Below the pieces are notes generated by a model. It was not told the DNA's origin. It saw only the letters and a program-made list of their open reading frames with translations, and did no database searches. DNA of 64,000 bases from assembly GCA_965650625.1 (NCBI GenBank), contig CBFGPE010000004.1, forward strand, positions 23,115-87,114. The letters are read 5' to 3'. A program made the translations under genes and the position numbers. The stretch is from an uncultured Azospirillum sp. (GTDB taxonomy: Bacteria; Pseudomonadota; Alphaproteobacteria; Azospirillales; Azospirillaceae). Positions 9,203 through 17,497 of this stretch are shown here, piece by piece (position 1 is the stretch's first letter; each line of letters starts with the position of its first letter).

Positions 9203-11734
9203 ATGAAAGAGAGCAGCATGTTTATCCATTTCGACCTGCCCCGTGCCGCCGGGGATTCGCTGATGGACTGTGTCGAGCGCGTCTATGGTGCGTCGCGGGT
9301 GCTGCATCTTGGACACGGGCTTCGTTTCGATATGTCGTACGAGTCCCTGCTCAGCAAAACACCTGACGAACTTGATCTGATAAAGAACCACTACGGATGT
9401 GCGGTGACGAAGCATGCCTTCTCTCTGCACAAGATACTCGGGGCTCCGTACGTTGGTTTCATTCGAAATCCCTTTGACTGGTATGTTTCTTCATATTATT
9501 GGGCACGAAAGAACAGTCTGGGGAACCCGTCTGAATTTTACGGGTATATGATCGATAAACATGATATGTCATTGGAGTATTTTGTTCATTGGCTTCACGA
9601 CATAGGTCACGACAATAATCAGGCCAAGAATATTTTATACCTTTCAAAAGATCACGACAGCGTCCTGCCTCCGGATCCGGCGGACATCACCCTCGATGAA
9701 GCGAGTTTCGCCCAGACCATCGAACTGACTGAGACCGCGTTCGCGGTTCTTGCGCCGACCGATCTGTTCGGTCCGGCGCTCTATGTCATGGGCATGCTGT
9801 TCGACTGGCCGGACCTGCCGCTGTGGCGGCTGCGCTCTTCGTCCAACTGGCGCGCCTCGGCGTCGATCCCCGACACGCTCGAGGACTTCGTGCGCGAGCG
9901 CAGCCCCCATGACTGGAACCTGTTCGCCGCCGTCCGCAAAGGGTTCGAACAGCGTTATGCCGATGTTCTGACCGCCCGCGCCGCCGAGATCGCGGACTAC
10001 GACGCCTGCTCGCGGAACCCCGCCTGGCAGGACGCGATGCCGTTTCATGTCCGCGACGTTCAGGATCATCTCCAGCAGGGCATCCGCCTTCAGGCACCGC
10101 CGCCCCGCGACCCGGCCGCCGTCCCCGGCGCCCTGCGGGGGAACTGCATGTCGGGGCTCAAGCTGCATCTTCACGGCGTGGTCCATGGGCATTTCCTGCT
10201 GTCGCCCCGCCGGGACAGCCCGCCCTTCCTGGCCGTGCCGATGGTCAGCCTGATCCACCAGACCGCCGATCCGGACCGGCTCTGGCCATTCTACGGCCCG
10301 GGCGTTCTGTTCGACCGGTCGCTGGAAGGGCTCCGGCAACGGATCGAGGCGGGAGAGGTCCCGAGCCTGGTGGAAAGTCAGGGGGATCTCCAGATCTGGT
10401 TCTACCGAGGCGCGTACCGGTTCCTGGAGTGGGCGGCCGGCGCCGACATCGACGCGGTGTATGGCGATCCCGAGCGGACGCTGGGCGGTTCCCTCCAGGC
10501 CACGGACTGGCCGACGGCCCGTCTGTTCTTCACGCTGTTCACCGATCCGTTCCAGCGGCAGCGGATCGACGGGTTCGGCATCGTCGAAGGGGTGGAGGCT
10601 GAGCCCTGGAGGGCCGAACCGACGGCCGGCGGACCGGCGGTCACCGCCCCGTCCCTGCTGCGGTTGCTCGAAGCGCTGCAGGGCAGCGGGCGCCTTTCCC
10701 TGCGGTCGCCACCGCCGTTCCTGATCGACAGCCTGACCGACTACAATCTGGTCAAGTACCAGGGCCGGAATTACGGCGCGCGCCAGGGGGCCGGGGATCT
10801 GGAAGCCCTGCTGGCGGAGCCGGGGGAAAACCTCGTCGAGGCTGCGGCGCTGACGGATGTGCGGCGGGCGATCATCGACCGCTGGCTCTCTCACCGGTCG
10901 CCGGATCCCCACCTGATCGAAACCCTGGGCGTGACCAACATCGTCCTGTTCCGGGACCGTTTCGTCGCGTTGCCGCAAGCCCTCGGGGCCGTCGATTTGT
11001 CCGATCCCGCGACGTTCCACCTGCCCGGCGTGATCGTCAGCCGCAGCCGGACTCGCCTGCGGCATCTGGTCGCAACGGAAGCCGCCGGCCAGGACGTGAA
11101 CACGCAGGCGGGCACCGCACCGACCTCGGACGACCGTCCGGCGCCCCTGCTGCCGGACGCGTCCGGAAAGGGGCGGCTGTTCTGGCTGACCGGTTTGTCC
11201 GGGGCTGGCAAGACCACGGTCGCCCTGCGTGTGTGCGCGCGGCTGCGGGCAGCCGGGCTGCCGGCGGTGCTGCTCGACGGCGACCGCCTGCGGGCCGCCA
11301 TCGCTCCCGATGCCGGTCACGCCCCCGACCAGCGCCGCCAGCTGGCCTTTTCCTACGCCCGTCTGTGCCGGGAACTGGCGGAGCAGGGGCTGGTCGTCGT
11401 CATCGCCACCATTTCGATGTTCCATGCGGTCCGCCACTGGAATCGCGAAAATGTGGACGGCTATCGCGAAATATACTTGCGCGTTCCGCTTGAGCACCGC
11501 GCCGATCGTGACCCGAAGGGCTTGTACCGTAACGCCACTGTGGATATGGTCGGAATGGATACCTCCATTGAGGAGCCGGATCAGCCAGATCTCGTAATTG
11601 ACAATTACGGCACGACGACTCCGGACGGCGCGGCCGACCTGATCTGGAACCGATTGATTGCGTCCGATGCGGCTCTGATCGGCTTATCGGCTGCAGCCCC
11701 CGAAGACGGGGCTTTGAAGAAACCCACACATTAA
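9203..11734 (+). CDS. Fusion: sulfotransferase-like N-terminal domain, repeat region, and C-terminal CysC/Cj1415-like kinase
   Basis: N-terminus FIHFDLPRAAGDS...FIRNPFDWYVSSYY resembles Sulfotransfer_2 motifs. C-terminus has WLTGLSGAGKTT, LLDGD, TISMF, RDPKGLY and EEPDQPDLVIDN. Confidence 0.8.
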   Translation: MKESSMFIHFDLPRAAGDSLMDCVERVYGASRVLHLGHGLRFDMSYESLLSKTPDELDLIKNHYGCAVTKHAFSLHKILGAPYVGFIRNPFDWYVSSYYWARKNSLGNPSEFYGYMIDKHDMSLEYFVHWLHDIGHDNNQAKNILYLSKDHDSVLPPDPADITLDEASFAQTIELTETAFAVLAPTDLFGPALYVMGMLFDWPDLPLWRLRSSSNWRASASIPDTLEDFVRERSPHDWNLFAAVRKGFEQRYADVLTARAAEIADYDACSRNPAWQDAMPFHVRDVQDHLQQGIRLQAPPPRDPAAVPGALRGNCMSGLKLHLHGVVHGHFLLSPRRDSPPFLAVPMVSLIHQTADPDRLWPFYGPGVLFDRSLEGLRQRIEAGEVPSLVESQGDLQIWFYRGAYRFLEWAAGADIDAVYGDPERTLGGSLQATDWPTARLFFTLFTDPFQRQRIDGFGIVEGVEAEPWRAEPTAGGPAVTAPSLLRLLEALQGSGRLSLRSPPPFLIDSLTDYNLVKYQGRNYGARQGAGDLEALLAEPGENLVEAAALTDVRRAIIDRWLSHRSPDPHLIETLGVTNIVLFRDRFVALPQALGAVDLSDPATFHLPGVIVSRSRTRLRHLVATEAAGQDVNTQAGTAPTSDDRPAPLLPDASGKGRLFWLTGLSGAGKTTVALRVCARLRAAGLPAVLLDGDRLRAAIAPDAGHAPDQRRQLAFSYARLCRELAEQGLVVVIATISMFHAVRHWNRENVDGYREIYLRVPLEHRADRDPKGLYRNATVDMVGMDTSIEEPDQPDLVIDNYGTTTPDGAADLIWNRLIASDAALIGLSAAAPEDGALKKPTH

Positions 11735-11749
11735 ACCGAAATAGGGACT

Positions 11750-12526
11750 TTGGATCATATGCGCGGTCATGGCGATTTCACCGGGTTGGCAGAAAAATAT
11801 TCGAAATACCGCCCGACCTATTCGGCGACGGTCCGGGACGCGCTGATCGGCATGCTGCCGAAGCCGGCCGGGGAAGTCGAGGCAGCCGACGTCGGCGCCG
11901 GCACCGGCATCTGGACCCGTCTCGTGGCCGAACGGGTCCGCCATGTCACGGCGGTCGAGCCCAATGACGACATGCGCCGGCTCGGCATCGCCGATTCCGC
12001 CGGTCACCGGATCGAATACCGTGTCGGCTCCGGTGAGCAGACCGGCCTTGCCGACGCCTCGGTGGACATGGTCAGCATGGCGTCGTCCTTCCACTGGGTC
12101 GATTTCGAGCGCGGCCTGGCCGAGTTCCACCGCATCCTGCGTCCGGAAGGCCGCTTCGTCGCGCTGTGGAACCCGCGCCTGATCGATGCCAATCCCCTGC
12201 TGGTGGAGATCGAGGCGGAGATCACCCGGCTGGCCCCGGAAGTCGAGCGGGTGTCGTCCGGCAATTCCGGCATCACCGGGACCCTGACCGAGCGGCTGTG
12301 GGCCAGCCGGCAGTTCGACGACGTGGTCTATCTGGAAGGCCGTCACACCGTCGACCAGACCCCCGAACAGTATCTGGGCGTCTGGAATTCGGTGAACGAC
12401 GTGCGCCACCAGCTCGGCCCCGATCGCTGGGCCGCCTTCATGGCCTTCGTCGAGGCGCGGATCGCCGGCCTCGACGTGATCACCACCACCTATCGCACCC
12501 GTGCCTGGTCTGCACGCCGTCGGTGA
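11750..12526 (+). CDS. Class I SAM methyltransferase (Cj1419-like MeOPN methyltransferase candidate)
   Basis: YSKYRPTY, ADVGAGTG, AVEPNDDMR, ASSFHW, and C-terminal TRAWSARR. Confidence 0.85.
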   Translation: MDHMRGHGDFTGLAEKYSKYRPTYSATVRDALIGMLPKPAGEVEAADVGAGTGIWTRLVAERVRHVTAVEPNDDMRRLGIADSAGHRIEYRVGSGEQTGLADASVDMVSMASSFHWVDFERGLAEFHRILRPEGRFVALWNPRLIDANPLLVEIEAEITRLAPEVERVSSGNSGITGTLTERLWASRQFDDVVYLEGRHTVDQTPEQYLGVWNSVNDVRHQLGPDRWAAFMAFVEARIAGLDVITTTYRTRAWSARRR

Positions 12527-12534
12527 GACTGCCC

Positions 12535-14889
12535 ATGGACACCTCCGCCTTAACGCGCCGGATCGCCTTCGGCAGCAAAGCCGAAACCCTGGAGCGCCTC
12601 GCACCGCATTTGAGGACGGCGCACGTCCTCGATCTGGTTCGCTTCCGGGCCGTCGATTGGAACGCGGGCGGCATGGAGGCGATCCTCGACCGCATCGCCT
12701 CCACACCGTGGGGCAGGCGGGGGCCTCTGATCGTCCGGTCTTCCGCCGCGGCGGAGGACCGGGAAGGGCAGTCCCTGGCCGGGCATTTCGTATCGATCGG
12801 CAACGTCGATCCGGCCGGGCTGCCGGCCGCCATCGCCGAGGTGGCGGCCTCCTTCGGGGATGAGCCGGTAGCGGCGGACCAGATCTTCGTCCAGCCCATG
12901 CTGACGGCCGCCATGAGCGGCGTCGCCTTCACCCGGGATCCCAACACCGGCGCTCCCTACCTGATCATCAATTACGAGGAGGGCGGCGACACCGCGGCGG
13001 TCACCGGCGGCCACGCCGCCGAATTGAAGACCTTCGTCTATTGGAAGGGCGCCACGGTGCCGTGCCCGTCCCCCCTCGACCAGGTCGTGGCGCTCGCCGG
13101 CGAACTGGAAGCGCTGCTCGGGGAGGAAAGCCTCGACATCGAGTTCGCGGTCTCGCCGACCGGCGAGCTGTACCTGTTCCAGGTGCGGCCGCTGTCCGCC
13201 GCCGCCGGAACGGCCGTCGGCGCCGACGAGCACCGGCCGCTGCTGGAAGCCATCGCCCAGAAGATCGCCCAGGCCAATCGGCCGCACCCCTACCTGCGCG
13301 GCCGCCGCACCCTGTACGGCGTCATGCCCGACTGGAACCCGGCCGAAATCATCGGCATCCGGCCACGGCCGCTGGCGCTGTCGCTGTACCGGCAGCTGGT
13401 CACCGACAGCGTCTGGGCCTACCAGCGCCACAATTACGGCTACCGGAACCTGCGCAGCTTTCCGCTGATGCGGTCCTTCCATGGGCTGCCGTACATCGAC
13501 GTCCGCCTCAGCTTCAATTCCTTCATTCCGGGCGACGTGCCGGACACGCTCGCCGACCGTCTGGTGGACTGCTACATCGACCAGCTCGCGGCGGCACCGG
13601 TGCTCCACGACAAGGTCGAGTTCGAGATCGTCTTCTCCTGCTACACCTTCGACCTCGACACCCGCCTGCAACGTCTGCGCGGCTTCGGCTTCTCGGAGCG
13701 CGATCTCGAAGAGCTGACCCAGAGCCTGCGTCGGCTGACCAACCGGATCATCCACCGCGAAACCGGCTTGTGGCGCAACGACAGCAAGAAGATCGGGATC
13801 CTGGAGGAGCGGCAGCGGACCATCCGCAGCACCGACATGGACATCGTCAGCCGCATCTATTGGCTGATGGAGGATTGCAAGCGCTACGGCACCCTGCCTT
13901 TCGCCGGCTTGGCCCGCGCCGGCTTCATCGCCGTCCAGATGCTGAAGTCGCTGGTGGCGGTCGGCGCGATCGAGCCGCAGCAGTACGACGCCTTCATGAC
14001 CAGCCTGGAGACCGTCAGCGGCCGCATGACCCGCGATCTGCGTGCCCTGTCCCGCTCGGAATTCCTGGAGAAATACGGGCACCTGCGTCCCGGGACCTAC
14101 GATATCCTGTCGCCGCGCTACGACGAGGATCCGGAACGCTACCTCGGTTCCGAGCACGGCGCCGGTCCGCACGACGAGGGCGCGGTGCCGACTTTCGCCC
14201 TGTCGCTGCCCCAGATGCGCCGGATCGACGCCCTCCTGAACCAGCACTCCCTGGAAATGGACGTGGTCAGCCTGTTCGACTTCTTCCAGGCCGGCATCCA
14301 GGGCCGCGAGCATTCGAAATTCGTCTTCACCCGGTCGCTGAGCGAGGTGCTGTCGCTGCTGAACCGCCTGGGCGAACGCTATGGATTGTCGCCGGACGAC
14401 ATGTCCTATTTCGATGCCTCTCTCATCGACGATCTCTACGCATCCAGCTGCGACATCGAGGCGACGCTGCGCCACAGCATCAGCCAGGGCCGCGCCCGCT
14501 ATGCGGAAACCCAGCGCATCGTTCTGCCGCCGCTGATCAGCCAGCCCGAGGAGGTCTGGGCGTTCCACATTCCTCCCACCGAACCCAACTTCATCACCCA
14601 GCGGACGGTGGAGGGGCCTGTGCGGTCGCACAAGGCGCCGGCGTCGGAGCTGAAGGGGGCGGTGGTGGTGATCCCCAGCGCCGATCCGGGCTTCGACTGG
14701 ATCTTCTCCCACGGCATCGGCGGCTTCATCACCGCCTATGGCGGGGTCAATTCCCACATGGCCATCCGCGCCGGCGAACTGAACCTTCCCGCCGTGATCG
14801 GGGCCGGGGAGACGCTGTTCAGCCAGTGGAAGGACAGCCGCCGCCTGCGCATCGACTGCGCATCCCGCCGGGTGGATGTCCTGCAATGA
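12535..14889 (+). CDS. PEP-synthase-like L-glutamine kinase (Cj1418-like)
   Basis: FGSKAETL, IVRSSAAAED, VQPML, DIEFA, YGVMPDWNPAEIIG, KRYGTLPFAGLARAGF, YGHLRPGTYDI, DPGFDWIF, and phospho-His motif GGVNSHMAIR. Confidence 0.9.
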   Translation: MDTSALTRRIAFGSKAETLERLAPHLRTAHVLDLVRFRAVDWNAGGMEAILDRIASTPWGRRGPLIVRSSAAAEDREGQSLAGHFVSIGNVDPAGLPAAIAEVAASFGDEPVAADQIFVQPMLTAAMSGVAFTRDPNTGAPYLIINYEEGGDTAAVTGGHAAELKTFVYWKGATVPCPSPLDQVVALAGELEALLGEESLDIEFAVSPTGELYLFQVRPLSAAAGTAVGADEHRPLLEAIAQKIAQANRPHPYLRGRRTLYGVMPDWNPAEIIGIRPRPLALSLYRQLVTDSVWAYQRHNYGYRNLRSFPLMRSFHGLPYIDVRLSFNSFIPGDVPDTLADRLVDCYIDQLAAAPVLHDKVEFEIVFSCYTFDLDTRLQRLRGFGFSERDLEELTQSLRRLTNRIIHRETGLWRNDSKKIGILEERQRTIRSTDMDIVSRIYWLMEDCKRYGTLPFAGLARAGFIAVQMLKSLVAVGAIEPQQYDAFMTSLETVSGRMTRDLRALSRSEFLEKYGHLRPGTYDILSPRYDEDPERYLGSEHGAGPHDEGAVPTFALSLPQMRRIDALLNQHSLEMDVVSLFDFFQAGIQGREHSKFVFTRSLSEVLSLLNRLGERYGLSPDDMSYFDASLIDDLYASSCDIEATLRHSISQGRARYAETQRIVLPPLISQPEEVWAFHIPPTEPNFITQRTVEGPVRSHKAPASELKGAVVVIPSADPGFDWIFSHGIGGFITAYGGVNSHMAIRAGELNLPAVIGAGETLFSQWKDSRRLRIDCASRRVDVLQ

Positions 14890-15524
14890 CGACGGTTCGG
14901 CCCGTGGCCGCGCGCCTGATCGCCGTCAGCCAGCGGGTGGACGTGATCGCCGGCCGCAACGAGCGGCGCGACGCTCTGGATCAGCGGTGGACCGGCTTCC
15001 TGGACGCCTGCGGCCTGCTGCCCGTGGCGATGCCCAACACGGCGTCGCCCGCTCTCGCGGCGGCTTGGCTTGAGGCGGTGGCTCCCGCCGGCATCCTGCT
15101 GACCGGCGGCAACGATCTGACGGCCTATGGCGGCGACGCCCCGGAACGCGACGCCGTGGAAACCCTGCTGATCGAGCATGCGGTCGCCCGGCGCATCCCG
15201 CTGATGGCCGTCTGTCGGGGCCTGCAGATGCTGATGCACCATTTCGGCGCCGGGCTGGAACGGGTGACGGGCCACACCGGCACCGAGCATCCGGTCGTCC
15301 TGGGCGATGGCGGGACGGACACCGTGAATTCCTACCACAATTGGGCCTTCACGAGCGTTCCGCCCGGTTTCACCGCCTGGGCGACCGCGCCCGACGGCGT
15401 GGTCGAGGCGGTTCGCCACGACACGTTGCCGCTGCTCGGCATGCTCTGGCATCCCGAACGCAATGCCCCCTACCGCGCCGCGGAGATCGATCTGGTCCGT
15501 CGTCATTTCGGGGTTGATCGGTAG
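14886..15524 (+). CDS. Class I glutamine amidotransferase-like gamma-glutamyl hydrolase (Cj1417-like)
   Basis: ATGA overlap with the kinase gene; LLTGGNDL, nucleophile elbow VCRGLQ, NSYH, and WHPER. Confidence 0.85.
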   Translation: MTTVRPVAARLIAVSQRVDVIAGRNERRDALDQRWTGFLDACGLLPVAMPNTASPALAAAWLEAVAPAGILLTGGNDLTAYGGDAPERDAVETLLIEHAVARRIPLMAVCRGLQMLMHHFGAGLERVTGHTGTEHPVVLGDGGTDTVNSYHNWAFTSVPPGFTAWATAPDGVVEAVRHDTLPLLGMLWHPERNAPYRAAEIDLVRRHFGVDR

Positions 15525-15574
15525 CGGGGGCTTGCTGCAACGTCCACGGGTCCGCCGCATCCGCGCCTTCCCGC

Positions 15575-15605
15575 TTTCCCTGAATTTGGTTTTCCCTGAA
15601 TTTGG
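15575..15605. repeat. 15-bp direct repeat (tttccctgaatttgg x2) just upstream of the cytidylyltransferase
   Basis: Copies at 15575-15589 and 15591-15605. Confidence 0.7.
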
Positions 15606-15614
15606 AGTGCTTCC

Positions 15615-16361
15615 GTGAAAGCGATCATCCTTGCCGCCGGGCGTGGCAGCCGCATGAAGGCCATGACCGAGGACCGGCCGAAGTGTCTGGTTGAAATCGC
15701 CGGGCGCAGCCTGCTGGACTGTCAGCGCACTGCCCTGACCGGTGCCGGCGCCGGCCCGCTGGCCGTGGTGCGCGGCTATCGCGGCGAGGCGTTCGAAGGA
15801 CGCGGGCTGACCCTGTTCGATAATCCCCGCTGGGCCGAAACCAACATGGTCATGTCGCTGGTCCAGGCAGCCCCGTGGCTGAGCGCCGAACCGTGCCTCG
15901 TCAGCTACGCCGACATCTTCTACCCGGCGGAGACGGTGCGCCGGCTGATGGCGGCCGAAGGCGACATCGTCATCAGCTACGATCCGGACTGGCTGGCCCT
16001 GTGGCAGGCCCGCTTCGCCGATCCGCTGGTCGATGCCGAGAGCTTCCTGCTCGACGCGACCGGCCGGGTCATCGACATCGGCCGCAAGGTCCAGAGCCTC
16101 GACGAGGTCCAGGGGCAGTACATGGGCCTGCTGAAATTCACTCCCGCCGGCTGGGCACAGGTCACCGGCTATCTCGACGGGCTGGAACCGGCGGCGCGCG
16201 ACAAGCTGGACATGACCGGCCTGCTGTCGCGGCTGATCGCCGCCGGCGTGGTCATCCGGGCGGTCCCCAGCGCTCCCGGCTGGGGCGAGGTCGATTCCGA
16301 AAGCGATCTCGACCATTATGCCGCGGAGGTGGCGGCCGGGCGCGTCGCGCTGCCGGTCTGA
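15615..16361 (+). CDS. Phosphocholine/phosphoglutamine cytidylyltransferase family (Cj1416-like)
   Basis: KAIILAAGRGSRM, PKCLV, TNMV, SYADI, W...RFADPLVDAES, QYMGLLKF, and WGEVDSESDL. GTG start. Confidence 0.85.
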   Translation: MKAIILAAGRGSRMKAMTEDRPKCLVEIAGRSLLDCQRTALTGAGAGPLAVVRGYRGEAFEGRGLTLFDNPRWAETNMVMSLVQAAPWLSAEPCLVSYADIFYPAETVRRLMAAEGDIVISYDPDWLALWQARFADPLVDAESFLLDATGRVIDIGRKVQSLDEVQGQYMGLLKFTPAGWAQVTGYLDGLEPAARDKLDMTGLLSRLIAAGVVIRAVPSAPGWGEVDSESDLDHYAAEVAAGRVALPV

Positions 16362-16432
16362 GGCCGCTTGCGCGGGCACGGTTCGCCGCCCCGCCCCAGA
16401 AGACCCTGCCTCGATCAAGGAACAAGACGGTT

Positions 16433-17497
16433 ATGAGTCGGCGTTTCATCGACCATGGAGACGGCACCCTCACCGATGCCGAGACCGGCCTGATGTGGCG
16501 AGCCGATGGCGGCACGCCCGATCTGCCGGGCGTGCCGGGCGGGCCGAAGCCGTGGTCGGGTCCCTTCGGCGCAACCCCCGCCGACCTGCCGACGCTGCGC
16601 ACCGGCTGCTATGGGCCGCTGCCCGACCTTGACCTCTCCGGCCGGCCGGTCGGCTACGCGGTGTTCGACTATATCGACGCGCTGAACGCCGCGGCCTTCG
16701 CCGGTTACACGGACTGGCGCCTGCCCAACGTCAACGAACTGGCCAGCCTGGTGAACGAGGCGGTGCCGCACAGCCATCTGTGGCTGATGGAGAACGGCTT
16801 CCGCAACATCGAAACCCACTGCAACTTCTGGAGCTCGACCACCTGCCACGGCCATCCCGAACAGGCGTGGCACGTCCACTTCACCAACAGCGGCAACGTC
16901 CACACCAGCTGCAAGGCGTGGTGCGCCCATCACGTGCTGCCGGTGCGCGGCCTGAACAGCGGCCCGCGCCGCTTCCTGCAGACCGGGCAGACCCTGTGCT
17001 ACAGCGCCGATCTGGTGCCGCAGCTCCTGCCGGACGGCAGCGGGCGCGGCCAGGATGGCGACCTGCGCCTGGGCACGCCCCGGCCGGCGGACCGCTTCGA
17101 GCTGCGCGACGGCGGGGCGGCCGGCCGGGTGGTGGTCGACCGCTTCCTGGGGCTGGCCTGGGCATCGCCGCTGAACCTGGGCATGCCCTGGGACGCCGCC
17201 ATGGAGATGGTGCCGCGATGCTATGCCGGCTATGGCGGGCTGGACGGCTGGCGCCTGCCGGAGCGGGAGGAACTGCGCTCGCTCACCAACTATGGCTGTT
17301 CCGATCTGCTGGGCCTGATGCATCAGGCCGGTTTCGAGGATGTGCGGAACGTCGATTACTGGACCGGAACGCCCTGTGCCAACGATCCCGACCGCCACGC
17401 ATGGTCATTCGGCCTGGGCTGGGGGCTTTACGGACGCGAGCGGGCCGGGTTCCGGGCGGGGGTATGGCCGGTCTGCCCTTTCCCGCAGCCGGTGTAG
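16433..17497 (+). CDS. Tandem DUF1566 (Lcl C-terminal) domain protein
   Basis: RFIDHGDGTLTDAETGLMW, GYTDWRLPNVNEL, FWSST, QTGQT, GQDGD, GWRLPEREEL, and YWTGT. Confidence 0.8.
   Translation: MSRRFIDHGDGTLTDAETGLMWRADGGTPDLPGVPGGPKPWSGPFGATPADLPTLRTGCYGPLPDLDLSGRPVGYAVFDYIDALNAAAFAGYTDWRLPNVNELASLVNEAVPHSHLWLMENGFRNIETHCNFWSSTTCHGHPEQAWHVHFTNSGNVHTSCKAWCAHHVLPVRGLNSGPRRFLQTGQTLCYSADLVPQLLPDGSGRGQDGDLRLGTPRPADRFELRDGGAAGRVVVDRFLGLAWASPLNLGMPWDAAMEMVPRCYAGYGGLDGWRLPEREELRSLTNYGCSDLLGLMHQAGFEDVRNVDYWTGTPCANDPDRHAWSFGLGWGLYGRERAGFRAGVWPVCPFPQPV

Noticed and set aside
11160-11734. Canonical cysC for sulfate assimilation
   Set aside because: It is fused and sits within a Cj1416-1419-like set, and has TISMF rather than the FISP motif. 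Kept only as an alternative hypothesis.
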